Position numbers and translations under genes: made by a program
Notes under the pieces: model-generated
Databases searched by the model: none
What the model was told of the DNA's origin: nothing
What the model saw: the letters and a program-made list of their open reading frames with translations, nothing else
From: an uncultured Spirochaetota bacterium
GTDB lineage: Bacteria > Spirochaetota > Spirochaetia > SZUA-6 > CAVTHK01
NCBI GenBank assembly: GCA_963734495.1
Contig: CAVTHK010000009.1
Location: 320,001 to 384,000, forward strand
Reading direction: 5' to 3'
DNA: 64,000 nt
Shown here: in pieces, positions 20,157 through 31,016 of the stretch
How the letters are laid out: every line of letters begins with the position of its first letter
Position numbering within the stretch: the stretch's first letter is position 1

Positions 20157-21221
20157 ATGGCCGGCCGCCTCAGAACCTACGCCTTTATCAACGCGAAGCT
20201 GCGGGCGCGCATCAGCCTCATCGTTCCCGAGTCGTTCTATGACCAGCTCATCCGGGCCCCGGATCTGAACGCGGCGCTTTCGATGGTCCGCGAGACGGCC
20301 TTTCGCGACGCGGTCTCGGCGTACGAGCGGACCGGGGACCTGCGCATGGCGGAGCTGGATCTCTTTGGCCGCGAGGTCACCCTTCACCTGGAGCTCGAGC
20401 GCTACCTCGAAGGCGAGGTGCTGCGGTTCGCCGAGGCGATGGCCGCGCGGTACGAGATCGAGGCGCTCAAGGCGGCGCTGCGGGTCTGGTTCGACCGGGC
20501 GGTCCGCGGCCGCGACACCAGCGCCGCGGGCGGCTACCTGTACCGCGGCAGCGTGCATCACGACCTGGACATCGACCGGCTCCTCGCTGCGGGAAGCGTC
20601 GAGGACGTGGTCGCCGCGCTCGGCGCGAGCCCCTACGCGGCCGCGGTGGAGGCGCACGCGGCGGCCATCACTGCGGGGAGCCTGTTCGAGGCGGAGATCG
20701 CGCTGGACCGCGCCTTCTTCGACCGGCTGCTCTCCGCCGCGAAGTCGCTGTCGCCCGTCGACCGCGAGATCGCCGAGCGGATGACCGCCGTCGAGATCGA
20801 CCTGCTGAACGCGGCCTGGATGGTGCGCTTCCGGGTCGCCTACGACCTTCCCCTGGACCAGGTGCTGCGCTTCCTCATCCCTTCGCGCTCGGGCCTGAGC
20901 CACGAGGAGGTCGCGGCCGCCTACCAGAGCGGCCGGGTCACGGAGCTCGTCTCGGGGCTCGTGAGCCGCCGCTACCCGTCCCTGCAGGTCATGCTGACCG
21001 CGCCGGCCGCGGACGAGCTGGCGCGGCTCGTGCTCATCGAGCGCATCCTGCAGCAGATCATGCTGCACGAGGTCGGCCGGCTCCTCTCGGGCTACCCGTT
21101 CACGATCGGCACCGTCCTCGCGTACGTCACCCTCAAGCGCAACGAGATCCGCACTCTGATGACGATCCTGAACGCGAAGCTCTATGGCCTCTCCCAGGAG
21201 CGGATAAGGGGCGTGCTGTGA
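20157..21221 (+). CDS. V/A-type ATPase subunit C (d)
   Basis: YAFINAKLRA, EIDLLN, LKRNEIRTL. Operon position fits. Confidence 0.88.
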   Translation: MAGRLRTYAFINAKLRARISLIVPESFYDQLIRAPDLNAALSMVRETAFRDAVSAYERTGDLRMAELDLFGREVTLHLELERYLEGEVLRFAEAMAARYEIEALKAALRVWFDRAVRGRDTSAAGGYLYRGSVHHDLDIDRLLAAGSVEDVVAALGASPYAAAVEAHAAAITAGSLFEAEIALDRAFFDRLLSAAKSLSPVDREIAERMTAVEIDLLNAAWMVRFRVAYDLPLDQVLRFLIPSRSGLSHEEVAAAYQSGRVTELVSGLVSRRYPSLQVMLTAPAADELARLVLIERILQQIMLHEVGRLLSGYPFTIGTVLAYVTLKRNEIRTLMTILNAKLYGLSQERIRGVL

Positions 21222-23238
21222 TTTTCGCGGACCGCATGAAACAGATCGTCGCGGTCGTCCTCGACCGCGATTCGGAGGCCGTCACCCGGGAGCTCCTGCG
21301 CCTCGGCGTGATGCACATGATACGCGCCACCGAAGTGGCGGCGGAGCACGCGTCGGTGCTCGGCGGGGTCAAGCAGGCGGTGTCGTCCGCGACCATCGCC
21401 GAGACGCGCAAGCGGGTCGAGGGCCTGCTGGAGCTGCTCGACGCGCCGCCCGAGGCCTCGGGCGGCCTCGATGTGGACCGCCTGCACGCGGTCGACGCCG
21501 ACGCCGCCAACCGCGAGCTCGAGCGCATCAGCTCGGGCGTCCGCGGCATCCGGGAGCGGCAGCGCGCGCTGCAGCAGGAGATCCTCAGGCTGGAGGAGAT
21601 CGCGCGGCAGGTCGCGCTGTTCCGCGACATCGGCGCCGGCATCCGGGCAGGGTCGCGTTTCTCGTTCCTGAACATCCAGGTCGGCAGCCTGGGGACCGAC
21701 AAGCTCGAGTCGTTCGCGGCCGCGCTGCGGCAGTGGCCGAGCGTGCAGATCAACCTGGAGGCCGACGGGGACCGCACGCGGCTCCTGGTGATCACGCTGC
21801 GCCGCGACGAGGGCCAGATCGACGCCGGTCCTCGACCAGCACGGGTGGCTGGACGGCGAGCTCTCCGACGAAGGCTCGGACCTCAAGAAGCAGGCGCTGG
21901 CGGAGGTCGGCGACCGCCTGGCCGGCCTGCGGCGCGACCAGGAGGCGTGCACGGCGGAGATCCGGACGCTGCTCGGCGGCGAGCGCGAGCAGCCTGCGAG
22001 GAGCTCTGGGCGAACCTGCGCATGACCGAGCTGCACCACCGCATCCAGTCGTACTTCAGCACGACGGTCCGCACGGTGCTCTTTTCCGGATGGGTGCCTG
22101 CCTCGATGCAGCGCTCCCTCGAAAGCGCGGTCCGCCGGGCCGCGGGCGGGATGTGCCTGATCGAGTGGCACGACCCGCGCGCCGGCGAATCGGCGGCGGT
22201 GCCCGTGCGCCTGCACAACCCGAAGTTCCTCGCGCCGTTCCAGATGCTCGTCCAGAACTACGCCACCCCGTCCTACGGGACCGTGGATCCGACGCCGTTT
22301 GTCGCGGTCACCTACCTCATCATGTTCGGGCTCATGTTCGGCGACGCGGGCCAGGGGGCGATCCTGGTGCTGGCGAGCGTGCTCGGCCTGGCCCTGTACA
22401 AGGAAGCGGCCGACGGCGTGAGGAACCTGCTGCGCCTCGGGGCTCTACTGCGGCGCCGCGGCCATGGTGACCGGGATCCTCTTCGGCTCGACGTTCGGCT
22501 TTCCGTGGCCGCCACGCCGTCTGGTTCGACTACCACGCGATCATCGCGGGGCACACGCACGCACTCCGGGTTCGTCCGCGACGTCTACGGCGTCCTCGCC
22601 ATCACGCTCTACTTCGGCATCGCGGTCATCGCGCTCGGCCTCCTGCTCAACTGGGTCAACCTCGTCGTCACCCGGCGCTGGGTCGACCTGTTCCTCAGCA
22701 AGGGCGGCGTGATCGGGAGCTGGCTGTACGGCGCGGGCGTCTACGCGGCGTTCGGCTTCGCGGCGAGCGGCTACCGGGTCCTCCCGCCCGCCGACAGGCT
22801 GTTCTGGATGTTCGGGGTCCCGGCCCTGCTGCTGATGGCCGGACCGCCCATCCATTTCTTCTCCGACCACCGGGCACCGCAGGTTCGGGCCCCTCACCGT
22901 GATCGACCTGGGCATGGAGTGGGTCGTCGAGATGCTGGAGATCTTCAGCGGGTACCTGGCCAACACCCTCTCGTTCATGCGGGTGGCCGGCCTGGGCATC
23001 GCCCACTCCAGCCTGATGATTGCGTTCTTCGAGATCGCGCGTCAGGTCGGCTCCGGGAGGCGCCTGGAGCCCCTGGTCGTGGCTGGTCTTCGTGTTCGGC
23101 AACGTCCTGGTGATCCTGCTCGAAGGCCTGTCGGCGGGCATCCAGTCGTTGAGGTTGAACTACTACGAGTTCTTCTCCAAGTACTTCTCGGGCTCCGGGA
23201 CCGCGTACCTGCCGGTCTCGCTGAGGAGTCGTGAATAG
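21218..23238 (+). CDS. V/A-type ATPase subunit I (a), several indel frameshifts
   Basis: GWVP, PSYGTVDPTP, FGLMFGDAGQG, NTLSFMRV, LEGLSAGIQSLRLNYYEFFSKYF spread over several frames. Confidence 0.9.
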
Positions 23239-23293
23239 AGGCGATGAAGCGGCCGGGCGCGCTTTCGACGCGGGAGCCGCGAAAGGAAAGGTT

Positions 23294-23662
23294 ATGAAGG
23301 TTGTCACGCAGCATCAATCGGGGTTCCGCAGGCACACGGCCATCTCTATCGTGCTCCTCCTGGCGTTCATGGCGGTGTTCGGGCTGGTGACGGTGACGCG
23401 GCCGTCGGCCCAGGAGACGCGGCGCGACCTCACCACGGAGCAGGCGGAAGTCATGAAGTGGGAGCTGGTGGCCGCGGCCGTGGCGTTCGGGCTCGGGGCC
23501 ATCGGCGCGGGGATCGCCATCGCCAACGTCGGGGCCGCGGCGATGGGCGCCATCGGCGAGAAGCCCGAGATCGCCAGCCAGGCGCTGATCTTTATCGCGC
23601 TCGCCGAAGGGCTCGTGGTGTTCGGCTTTATCACGGCCCTGATGATCCTGGGCAAGGTGTAG
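23294..23662 (+). CDS. V/A-type ATPase subunit K (c proteolipid)
   Basis: GAIGAGIAIA...GAIGEKPE...IALAEGLVVFG. Confidence 0.92.
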   Translation: MKVVTQHQSGFRRHTAISIVLLLAFMAVFGLVTVTRPSAQETRRDLTTEQAEVMKWELVAAAVAFGLGAIGAGIAIANVGAAAMGAIGEKPEIASQALIFIALAEGLVVFGFITALMILGKV

Positions 23663-23715
23663 ATGGGCCGGCGCCTGCCGGGGGCCGGGCGCCGGGCGCG
23701 CAGGGAGCGGCTTTT

Positions 23716-24021
23716 GTGAGATACCACATCATCGGCGACGAAGACGCCGTGCTCGGCTTCGGAATGGTGGGGGTGCCCGGCCGTTCGGTCGTGACGGCGG
23801 AGCAGGCCGAGGACGCCCTCAAGGCGGCGCTGGCGGACGGCGAGGTCGGCATCATCATCATCACCGAGCGCATCGCCGAGCTCATCCGGCCGACGGTGGA
23901 CCGCTATCTCTTTACGGCGCGCTTTCCCCTCATCGTGGAGATCCCGGACCGGGGCGGACGCATGGAGGGCAAGCTCGGCATCCGCGAGATGGTCAACGGG
24001 GCGATCGGCGTGAGGCTGTAG
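23716..24021 (+). CDS. V/A-type ATPase subunit F
   Basis: IIGDEDAVLGFGMVG, GIIIITE, PLIVEIP, AIGVRL. Confidence 0.92.
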   Translation: MRYHIIGDEDAVLGFGMVGVPGRSVVTAEQAEDALKAALADGEVGIIIITERIAELIRPTVDRYLFTARFPLIVEIPDRGGRMEGKLGIREMVNGAIGVRL

Positions 24022-24064
24022 GGCAGAGTCGGCGGCCGCCCGCGGGCCGGAAAGGAAGTCTTGC

Positions 24065-24707
24065 GTGAGCTCAGAGAGCAGCATCGAAGCGAACCCGCTC
24101 GTGGGCGAAGATCCTCGCGGACGCCCGCGACGAGGCGGCGCGCATGGTCGCCGAGGCGGAGCAGACGGCCGCGAAGCGCCGCGGGGCCGCGGCCGCCGAG
24201 CTGCAGGCCCTCGAGCTCAAGACCGACGAGCGTATTGCGGAGCGCCTGGAGGCTCTGCGGCGCAACACGGCATCGCGCGTCCACGTCGAGACCAGGCGCG
24301 CGCGCCTCCGCGTGCGCGACCGCATCGTCGTCGAGGCGCAGGACGCGACGCGCGCGAAGCTGGCCGCCATGATCGGCACGCCCGAGTACCGGGCGATGCT
24401 CATCGGCTGGATCGCGGAGGCGGCGGTCGGACTGGGCCAGCCGGAGGCCGAGGTCAACGCGTCGGCCGCCGAGCGCGCCCTGTTCGACGGGGACCTGCTC
24501 GCGGAGGCGCAAGCGGAGGTCATGCGGTCGGTCGGGCGCGAAGTGCGGCTCGTGCCGTCCAAGGCGCAGCCGCTCATCGGCCAGGGCGTCGTGCTGACTT
24601 CGCCGAACGGCCGCATCGCCTACAACAACCAGGTGGCGACGCGCCTGCTGCGGGAGCAGACGCGGATCCGCAGCCTCATCCACAAGGCGCTGTTCGTTTC
24701 GGAGTGA
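24065..24707 (+). CDS. V/A-type ATPase subunit E (indel near the 5' end)
   Basis: Coiled N-terminus and C-terminal GVVLTSPNGRIAYNN...RL. Lies between subunits F and A. Confidence 0.82.
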
Positions 24708-24719
24708 GGGAGACCGCGA

Positions 24720-26494
24720 ATGAGTGAGCGGATCATAGGCAGGGTCAGGCGGGTCAACGGGCCAGTCATCGGGGTGGGCGGGGTCACCGACGCGATGATG
24801 CTCGAGCTCGTCCGCGTCGGCGAGGCGCGCCTGGTCGGGGAGGTCATCAAGCTCGAGGGCGACGGCGCGGTCATCCAGGTCTACGAGGACACGACCGGCG
24901 TGGCTCCGGGCGACAATGTCTACGGGGCCGGCATGCCGCTCTCGGTCGAGCTCGGCCCGGGCCTCATCGGCACCATCTACGACGGGATCCAGAGGCCCCT
25001 CGAGCGGCTGGGCGAGATCTCCGGCGCCTTTATCGAGAAGGGCATCCAGGCCCCCTCTCTCGACCGCGAGAAGCGCTGGAGATTCGTGCCCGAGCCGCTC
25101 GCCGCCGGCGCCGAGATCTCCGGCGGCTCGATCCTCGGCCGCGTGCAGGAGACCGGGCAGATCGAGCACCGCGTGCTGCTGCCGCCCGGGACTCCACGGG
25201 GAGGCTCGTGTCGGTCGCCCCGGAAGGCGACTACACGGTCGAGGAGCCCATCGCGCTGGTGGAGTCGGGCGGCCGCGAGACGCCCGTGACCATGATGCAG
25301 CGCTGGCCGATCCGCACGCCCCGGCCCGTCGGCGAGCGGCTTCCGCTCGTGACCCCGCTCATCACGGGCCAGCGCGTCATCGACACGCTCTTCCCCGTCG
25401 CCAAGGGCGGCACCGTGGCGATCCCCGGCGGGTTCGGCACCGGCAAGACCATGACGCAGCACGCGATCGCCAAGTGGTGCGACGCGGCCATCATCGTCTA
25501 CATCGGCTGCGGCGAGCGCGGCAACGAGATGACCGACGTGCTCACGGAGTTCCCCAAGCTGATCGACCCGCGCACCGGCCGCAGCCTCATGGAGCGCACG
25601 GTCCTCATCGCCAACACCTCCAACATGCCCGTCTCGGCGCGCGAGGCGAGCATCTACACGGGCGTCACGCTGGCGGAGTACTACCGCGACCAGGGCTACG
25701 ACGTGGCGGTGATGGCCGACTCGACCTCGCGCTGGGCCGAGGCGCTGCGCGAGCTCTCCGGCCGCATGGAGGAGATGCCCGCCGAGGAGGGCTTCCCGGC
25801 CTATCTCCCGACGCGCGTCGCCGAGTTCTACGAGCGCGCCGGCTCCATGACGACCCTCTCGGGCGCCCAGGGGAGCGTCACGATCATCGGCGCGGTCTCG
25901 CCGCCGGGCGGCGACTTCTCCGAGCCGGTGACGCAGCACACCAAGCGCTTCGTCCGCTGCTTCTGGGCCCTCGACCGGCAGCTCGCCAACGCGCGGCACT
26001 ACCCGGCCATCTCCTGGATCGACAGCTACAGCGAGTACCTCGGCGACATCTCCACGTGGTGGGAGCAGAAGGTCGGCGCCGCCTGGAGCGTCGACCGCGC
26101 CGAGATCATGGATCTGCTGCAGCGCGAGGTCAGGCTGCAGCAGGTGGTCAAGCTCGTCGGCCCGGACGCGCTGCCCGACAGCCAGCGCTTCATCCTGGAC
26201 GCCTGCACGCTCTTCAAGAACGCGTTTCTGCAGCAGAACGCCTACGACGACATCGACCGCTATTCGACCGTGAGCAGGCAGACCCGGATGCTCGCCCTGA
26301 TCGTCGAGTACTGGCGCAGGGGCGCCGAGGCGATCAAGCGGGGCGTGACGCTCGTCAAGCTCCGCAGGATGAAGGTCTTCCAGGAGCTGATCCAGATGAA
26401 GCTCACCATCGCCAACGACGATGATGCCGCCTTTGACAAGCTGGCGGCGCGTCTGGAGCGCGGATTCGCGCAGCTGGAGTCCATCTATGAGTGA
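24720..26494 (+). CDS. V/A-type ATPase subunit A (frameshift near 25200)
   Basis: [13 protein letters not shown]-loop [37 protein letters not shown]. Confidence 0.96.
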
Positions 26495-27938
26495 AGCGAC
26501 GACTCACCGCGGCGGGGAAGCCGCGGCGACCCGCGAGATCGGGGAGCGCGAGCGGCGCCTCCTGGCCGGCCGCGAGTACATCGGGGTGCACCGCATCGAG
26601 GGCCCGCTCATCTTCGTCCGCAGGACGCACCCGGTCGGCTACCGCGAGCTCATCGAGTGCGTGGACCCGACCGGCCACGTCCGGCTGGGCATGGTGCTCG
26701 AGACCTCGGAGGACGCGGTGGTGGCCCAGGTCTTCGAGGGCACCAGCGGCCTGACTCTGCCGGAGACGCGCGTGCGCTTCCGCGGCGAGCCGCTCGCCGT
26801 CGGGGTCACCGAACGCATGCTCGGCCGCGTCTTCAACGGCCTCGGGGAGCCGATCGACGACGGGCCGGCGCCGATGGCCGACAAGGAGCTCCCGGTCAAC
26901 GGCATGCCCATCAACCCGACCGCGCGCGAGTACCCGCGCGACTTCATCCAGACCGGCATCAGCGCCATCGACGGGATGAACACGCTGATCCGCGGCCAGA
27001 AGCTCCCGATCTTCTCCGGCAACGGGCTGCCGCACAACGAGCTCGCGGCGCAGATCGCCCGCCAGGCCAAGATCCGCGGCGGCAAGAGCGAGTTCGCCGT
27101 CGTGTTCGCCGCCATGGGCGTCAAGAACGACGTGGCGCGCTTCTTCATCACAGTCGTTCGAGGAGACGGGCGTCCTGGAGAACGTGGCGCTGTTCCTCTC
27201 GCTCGCCGACGACCCTTCGATCGAGCGCATCATCACGCCGCGCACCGCGCTCACGCTCGCGGAGTACCTCGCCTTCGAGAAGAACATGCACGTGCTGGTC
27301 ATCCTGACCGACATGTCCAACTACTGCGAGAGCCTCCGCGAGATCTCGACGATCCGCGGCGAGATCCCCTCGCGCAAGGGCTACCCCGGCTACCTCTACT
27401 CGGACCTCGCCGAGCTCTACGAGCGCTCCGGGATGCTCAAGGGCTACAGCGGGCTCGATCACCCAGCTCCCCATCCTCACGATGCCCAACGACGACATCT
27501 CGCACCCCGTCCCCGACCTGACCGGCTACATCACCGAGGGGCAGATCGTCTTCGAGCGCGAGCTGTACGCGCGCGGGATCTATCCGCCGGTCGCCGGCCT
27601 GCCGTCGCTCTCGCGCCTGATGAAGGACGGGATCGGCGAAGGGATGACGCGCGAGGACCACCCGCACCTCGCAAGCCAGCTCTTCGCGGCCTACAGTTAC
27701 GTCAAGGACGTGCGGAACCTGGCCTCGGTCATCGGCGAGGAGGAGCTCACTCCGCTCGACCACCAGTACATGGAGTTCGGCGAGTCGTTCGAGCGCCAGT
27801 TCGTCGTCGCAGAAGCCGGACGAGGATCGCCCGATCGAGCAGACGCTGGAGATGGGCTGGCGGGTCCTGGGCAAGCTGCCCGCCGAAGAGCTCCACAGGG
27901 TCACCCGGGAGGAGCTGGAGAAGTACTATGAGAAGTAG
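26487..27938 (+). CDS. V/A-type ATPase subunit B (indels near 27150, 27455 and 27810)
   Basis: [60 protein letters not shown]. Confidence 0.95.
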
Positions 27939-27962
27939 GGCTCCGGCTCCGGGAGGCGCCGG

Positions 27963-28640
27963 GTGAGAAACGTCGCGCCCACCAAGACGAGCCTGCTGCG
28001 CCTGCAGGGGGAGCTCAAGTTCGCGCACCTGGGCTACGAGCTGCTCGACCAGAAGCGGAACATCCTCGTCCTCGAGCTGCTCGCGCTCGTCGACCAGACG
28101 GTGGATTTTCAGGCGCGCGTCGAGAAGTCGCTCGCCGAGGCCTACCGCACCCTCGAGCAGGCGGTGCTGCGCATGGGGCGCCTGCGCGTCACGCAGCTCG
28201 CCGGCGCGGTCAACATACACGCGGAGATCCACATCAAGCAGCGCAGGGTCATGGGCGTGCCGCTGCCCGTGGTCGAGACGCAGTTCGAGGAGAAGCCTCC
28301 GTTCTACAGCCCGCTGGACACGAGCTTCTGGATCGACGCCTCGGTCAAGAGCTTCAAGGAGGCGCTGTCGCTGATGGGCCGGTTCGCCGAGCTCAAGATC
28401 TCCGTGACGCGCCTCGCCCTGGAGGTCCGCAAGACCATCCGCAAGGTGAACGCGCTGGAGAAGATCGCGATCCCGGACCTGCAGGAGACCGTCGCCTTTG
28501 TGCGCAACAGGCTCGAGGAGAACGAGCGCGACATGTTCGTGCTCATGAAGCTGGTCAAGCGGCGTCTGGAAAACCGCAAGTCTGCCGGCGACGCCTCCCC
28601 CGGGGAGCTCGCCGCCGCGGCGCAAGAGGAGCGTCAGTGA
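27963..28640 (+). CDS. V/A-type ATPase subunit D
   Basis: [34 protein letters not shown]. Confidence 0.93.
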   Translation: MRNVAPTKTSLLRLQGELKFAHLGYELLDQKRNILVLELLALVDQTVDFQARVEKSLAEAYRTLEQAVLRMGRLRVTQLAGAVNIHAEIHIKQRRVMGVPLPVVETQFEEKPPFYSPLDTSFWIDASVKSFKEALSLMGRFAELKISVTRLALEVRKTIRKVNALEKIAIPDLQETVAFVRNRLEENERDMFVLMKLVKRRLENRKSAGDASPGELAAAAQEERQ

Positions 28641-29128
28641 TGGATTGCCCGATTCGCAGGATCCTCGTGTACATCGACGGGACGGAGCAGGCGGTCACTG
28701 CGGCCCAGTACGCGGTGCTTCTCGCGGGGTCGACCGGAGCGGAGCTGTCCGCGCTGTACGTGGTCAACACGCGCGCCCTCGACGACCTGGTGCGGACGCG
28801 CATCTTCCTCAAGGCCGAGGAGCAGGAGTACGAGCACGACCTCGACGCCGACGCCGACCGCTACCTCAACCACGCGCGTGAGCTGGCTCACCGCAAGGGC
28901 GTCGCGATCGAGACGATCAGCGCGCGGGGCACGGTGCACCAGGAGATCAAGCGCGTCGTCGTCGAGCGGAAGATCGACCTGCTCGTCATCGGCGAGCTCT
29001 CGAGCATCCGCAGCCGCCGCGACGAGTTCTACAACGAGGCCGAGCGCGCCATGCGCAACGTCCCCTGCGCGGTGCTGATCGTCAGGGACGACGACAGGGT
29101 GTGGGAGCTCTTCGGGGGGAACACGTGA
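28640..29128 (+). CDS. Universal stress protein (UspA family)
   Basis: RRILVYIDG, DLLVIG, PCAVLIVR. Confidence 0.9.
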   Translation: MDCPIRRILVYIDGTEQAVTAAQYAVLLAGSTGAELSALYVVNTRALDDLVRTRIFLKAEEQEYEHDLDADADRYLNHARELAHRKGVAIETISARGTVHQEIKRVVVERKIDLLVIGELSSIRSRRDEFYNEAERAMRNVPCAVLIVRDDDRVWELFGGNT

Positions 29129-29189
29129 CGCCTCACCCCGGCTTGCCGAGGCGCTCTCTCTCTGCAATACTGCTCTGGAGGTGTCGCTG

Positions 29190-29639
29190 ATGGCCCTGAT
29201 CGACCTCATCGGTGCGGACGTCATCAAAGTCCCCCTCGCCGGCAAGTCCAAGGACGAAGTGGTCCGCGAGCTGCTCGGAGTGCTCGCGACCGCCGGCCGC
29301 CTCGCGGACGAGCGCAAGGCGTACGAGGCGGTCCTCGCCCGCGAGGCCCTGGGAAGCACGGGCCTCGAAAACGGCATCGCCGTGCCGCACGCCAAGACGA
29401 CGGCAGTCAAGGACCTGACGATCGCAATCGGAATCGCGCCCTCCGGCATCGACTTCCAGGCGCTCGACGGCAAGCCTTCGACGCTCTTCTTCCTCATCCT
29501 GGCGCCCCCCGACAAATCGGGGCCCCACATCGAGGCTCTCGCCGAGATCGCGCGCATGACGCGGTCGACCGCATTCTGCAGGGCGGTCGCGGGCGCGCGG
29601 ACCGCCGACGAGGTGGTCGAGCTTTTCAGGGAAGAGTAG
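29190..29639 (+). CDS. PTS EIIA (Ntr/fructose type)
   Basis: AREALGSTGLENGIAVPHA, DFQALDGKP, HIEALA. ATG 29190 follows SD GGAGG. Confidence 0.92.
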   Translation: MALIDLIGADVIKVPLAGKSKDEVVRELLGVLATAGRLADERKAYEAVLAREALGSTGLENGIAVPHAKTTAVKDLTIAIGIAPSGIDFQALDGKPSTLFFLILAPPDKSGPHIEALAEIARMTRSTAFCRAVAGARTADEVVELFREE

Positions 29640-29654
29640 ACCGCGCCCCGGCCG

Positions 29655-30959
29655 TCAGCCGGGAAACGCGTAGTGCTCCGGCCGCATATCCTCGCGAGGC
29701 GGGTTGAAGTAGCCGAGGCGGACCCAGGGCAGCCGCTCGCGGACGCGGGCGAGCCACGCGCGCATGCCCAGGCACCGGCCGCTGTCGCCCCGCAGCCCGA
29801 GCGTGTCGATGTACCAGTCGGGGTCCATGTTCAGGTTGCGCGTCTGGATCATGTTGACTTTCGCGCCGGTCACGACGCGCTCCAGCGCCTCGACCTCGTC
29901 CTCGCGGTCCGAGAGGCCCGGGAACACCAGGTAGTTCAGCGACGTCCACAGGCCGTGACGGCGGGCGACGCGCAGCGACTCGATGACCGCGTCCAGGCCA
30001 TAGCCCCGCGGGCGGTAGTAAGCGTTGTAGTAGGCGTCCTGGGCCGAGTTGAGGCTGACGCGGATGCTGTCCAGACCCGCGCGCGCCAGCTTCTCGACGA
30101 CGTCGGGCCTGCTCGCATTGGTGTTCAGGTTGATCACGCCCCTGGCCGTGCGCGCCCGGATGGAGCGGATGGCCGCTTCGATCACGTGGCCCGCGAGCAG
30201 CGGCTCGCCCTCGCACCCCTGCCCGAAGCTGGCCACGGGCCTCGCCGCCGTCTCGAGGTGCGGTACGACGAACTCCGCGATCTCCTCGGGGGTCGGCGTG
30301 GCCTCCAGGCGATCCTGCGATGCCGGCACCCCCGTGTCGGCCGGCTGCCATGAGATGCACCCGACGCACCCGGCGTTGCAGGCGCGGCTCGTGGGGATGG
30401 GGCACTCCCAGCGGCCCAGGACGAAGTTGCGCGCCGCCGGACAGCCGTAGCAGCGCACGCACTTCTCCACCAGGTGCTCGACGAGGCGGTTGCGCGGGTA
30501 GCGGCGGATCATCCCGGCGGCCGCCTTCTCTATCGAGGTCAGGTTCACGAGGCTCGGGTCCTGCCGCACGTCGTCGTCGATGCGCACGCCGGCGGCGAAG
30601 AAGCGGCCTTCGCTCCAGCCGAGGGCCGTGTAGCTGTAGAGGGGCAGCTTCTGCCCGTCGCCGCCGGGCTCCGCCGCCGCGCGCGCGAGCTGCAGGTAGG
30701 CCGGCGCCATGAAGGCCGCGGCCGCGAACACGGGCTCGCCGCGCACGTCACGCACCGGCGCGAAGCGGCCGGCGCGGCGGTCCCAGCCGATCGGCGTGCG
30801 TCCCGGCAGCACGTACAGGTTGCTCCCGTACGGGAGCGGGATCACGTCCGCCTCGTCGGGGAGGAGGGGACGGTCGAGCTCCATCCCGGTCATGAGATAG
30901 TCGCGGGCCTCGAAGATCTCGCCGCGCGCGTTCGCGACGGCCAGGAAGGGGAGAGACAC
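29655..30959 (-). CDS. Radical SAM protein of unknown function
   Basis: CNAGCVGC (CxxxCxxC), SFGQGCEGEP, NTN, IRVSLNS. Confidence 0.88.
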   Translation of the reverse strand: MSLPFLAVANARGEIFEARDYLMTGMELDRPLLPDEADVIPLPYGSNLYVLPGRTPIGWDRRAGRFAPVRDVRGEPVFAAAAFMAPAYLQLARAAAEPGGDGQKLPLYSYTALGWSEGRFFAAGVRIDDDVRQDPSLVNLTSIEKAAAGMIRRYPRNRLVEHLVEKCVRCYGCPAARNFVLGRWECPIPTSRACNAGCVGCISWQPADTGVPASQDRLEATPTPEEIAEFVVPHLETAARPVASFGQGCEGEPLLAGHVIEAAIRSIRARTARGVINLNTNASRPDVVEKLARAGLDSIRVSLNSAQDAYYNAYYRPRGYGLDAVIESLRVARRHGLWTSLNYLVFPGLSDREDEVEALERVVTGAKVNMIQTRNLNMDPDWYIDTLGLRGDSGRCLGMRAWLARVRERLPWVRLGYFNPPREDMRPEHYAFPG

Positions 30960-31016
30960 GATGGGGCCAAGGTAACATCGATTGATCTCGCCGGCCAATC
31001 CCCCGTATGATCGCCC

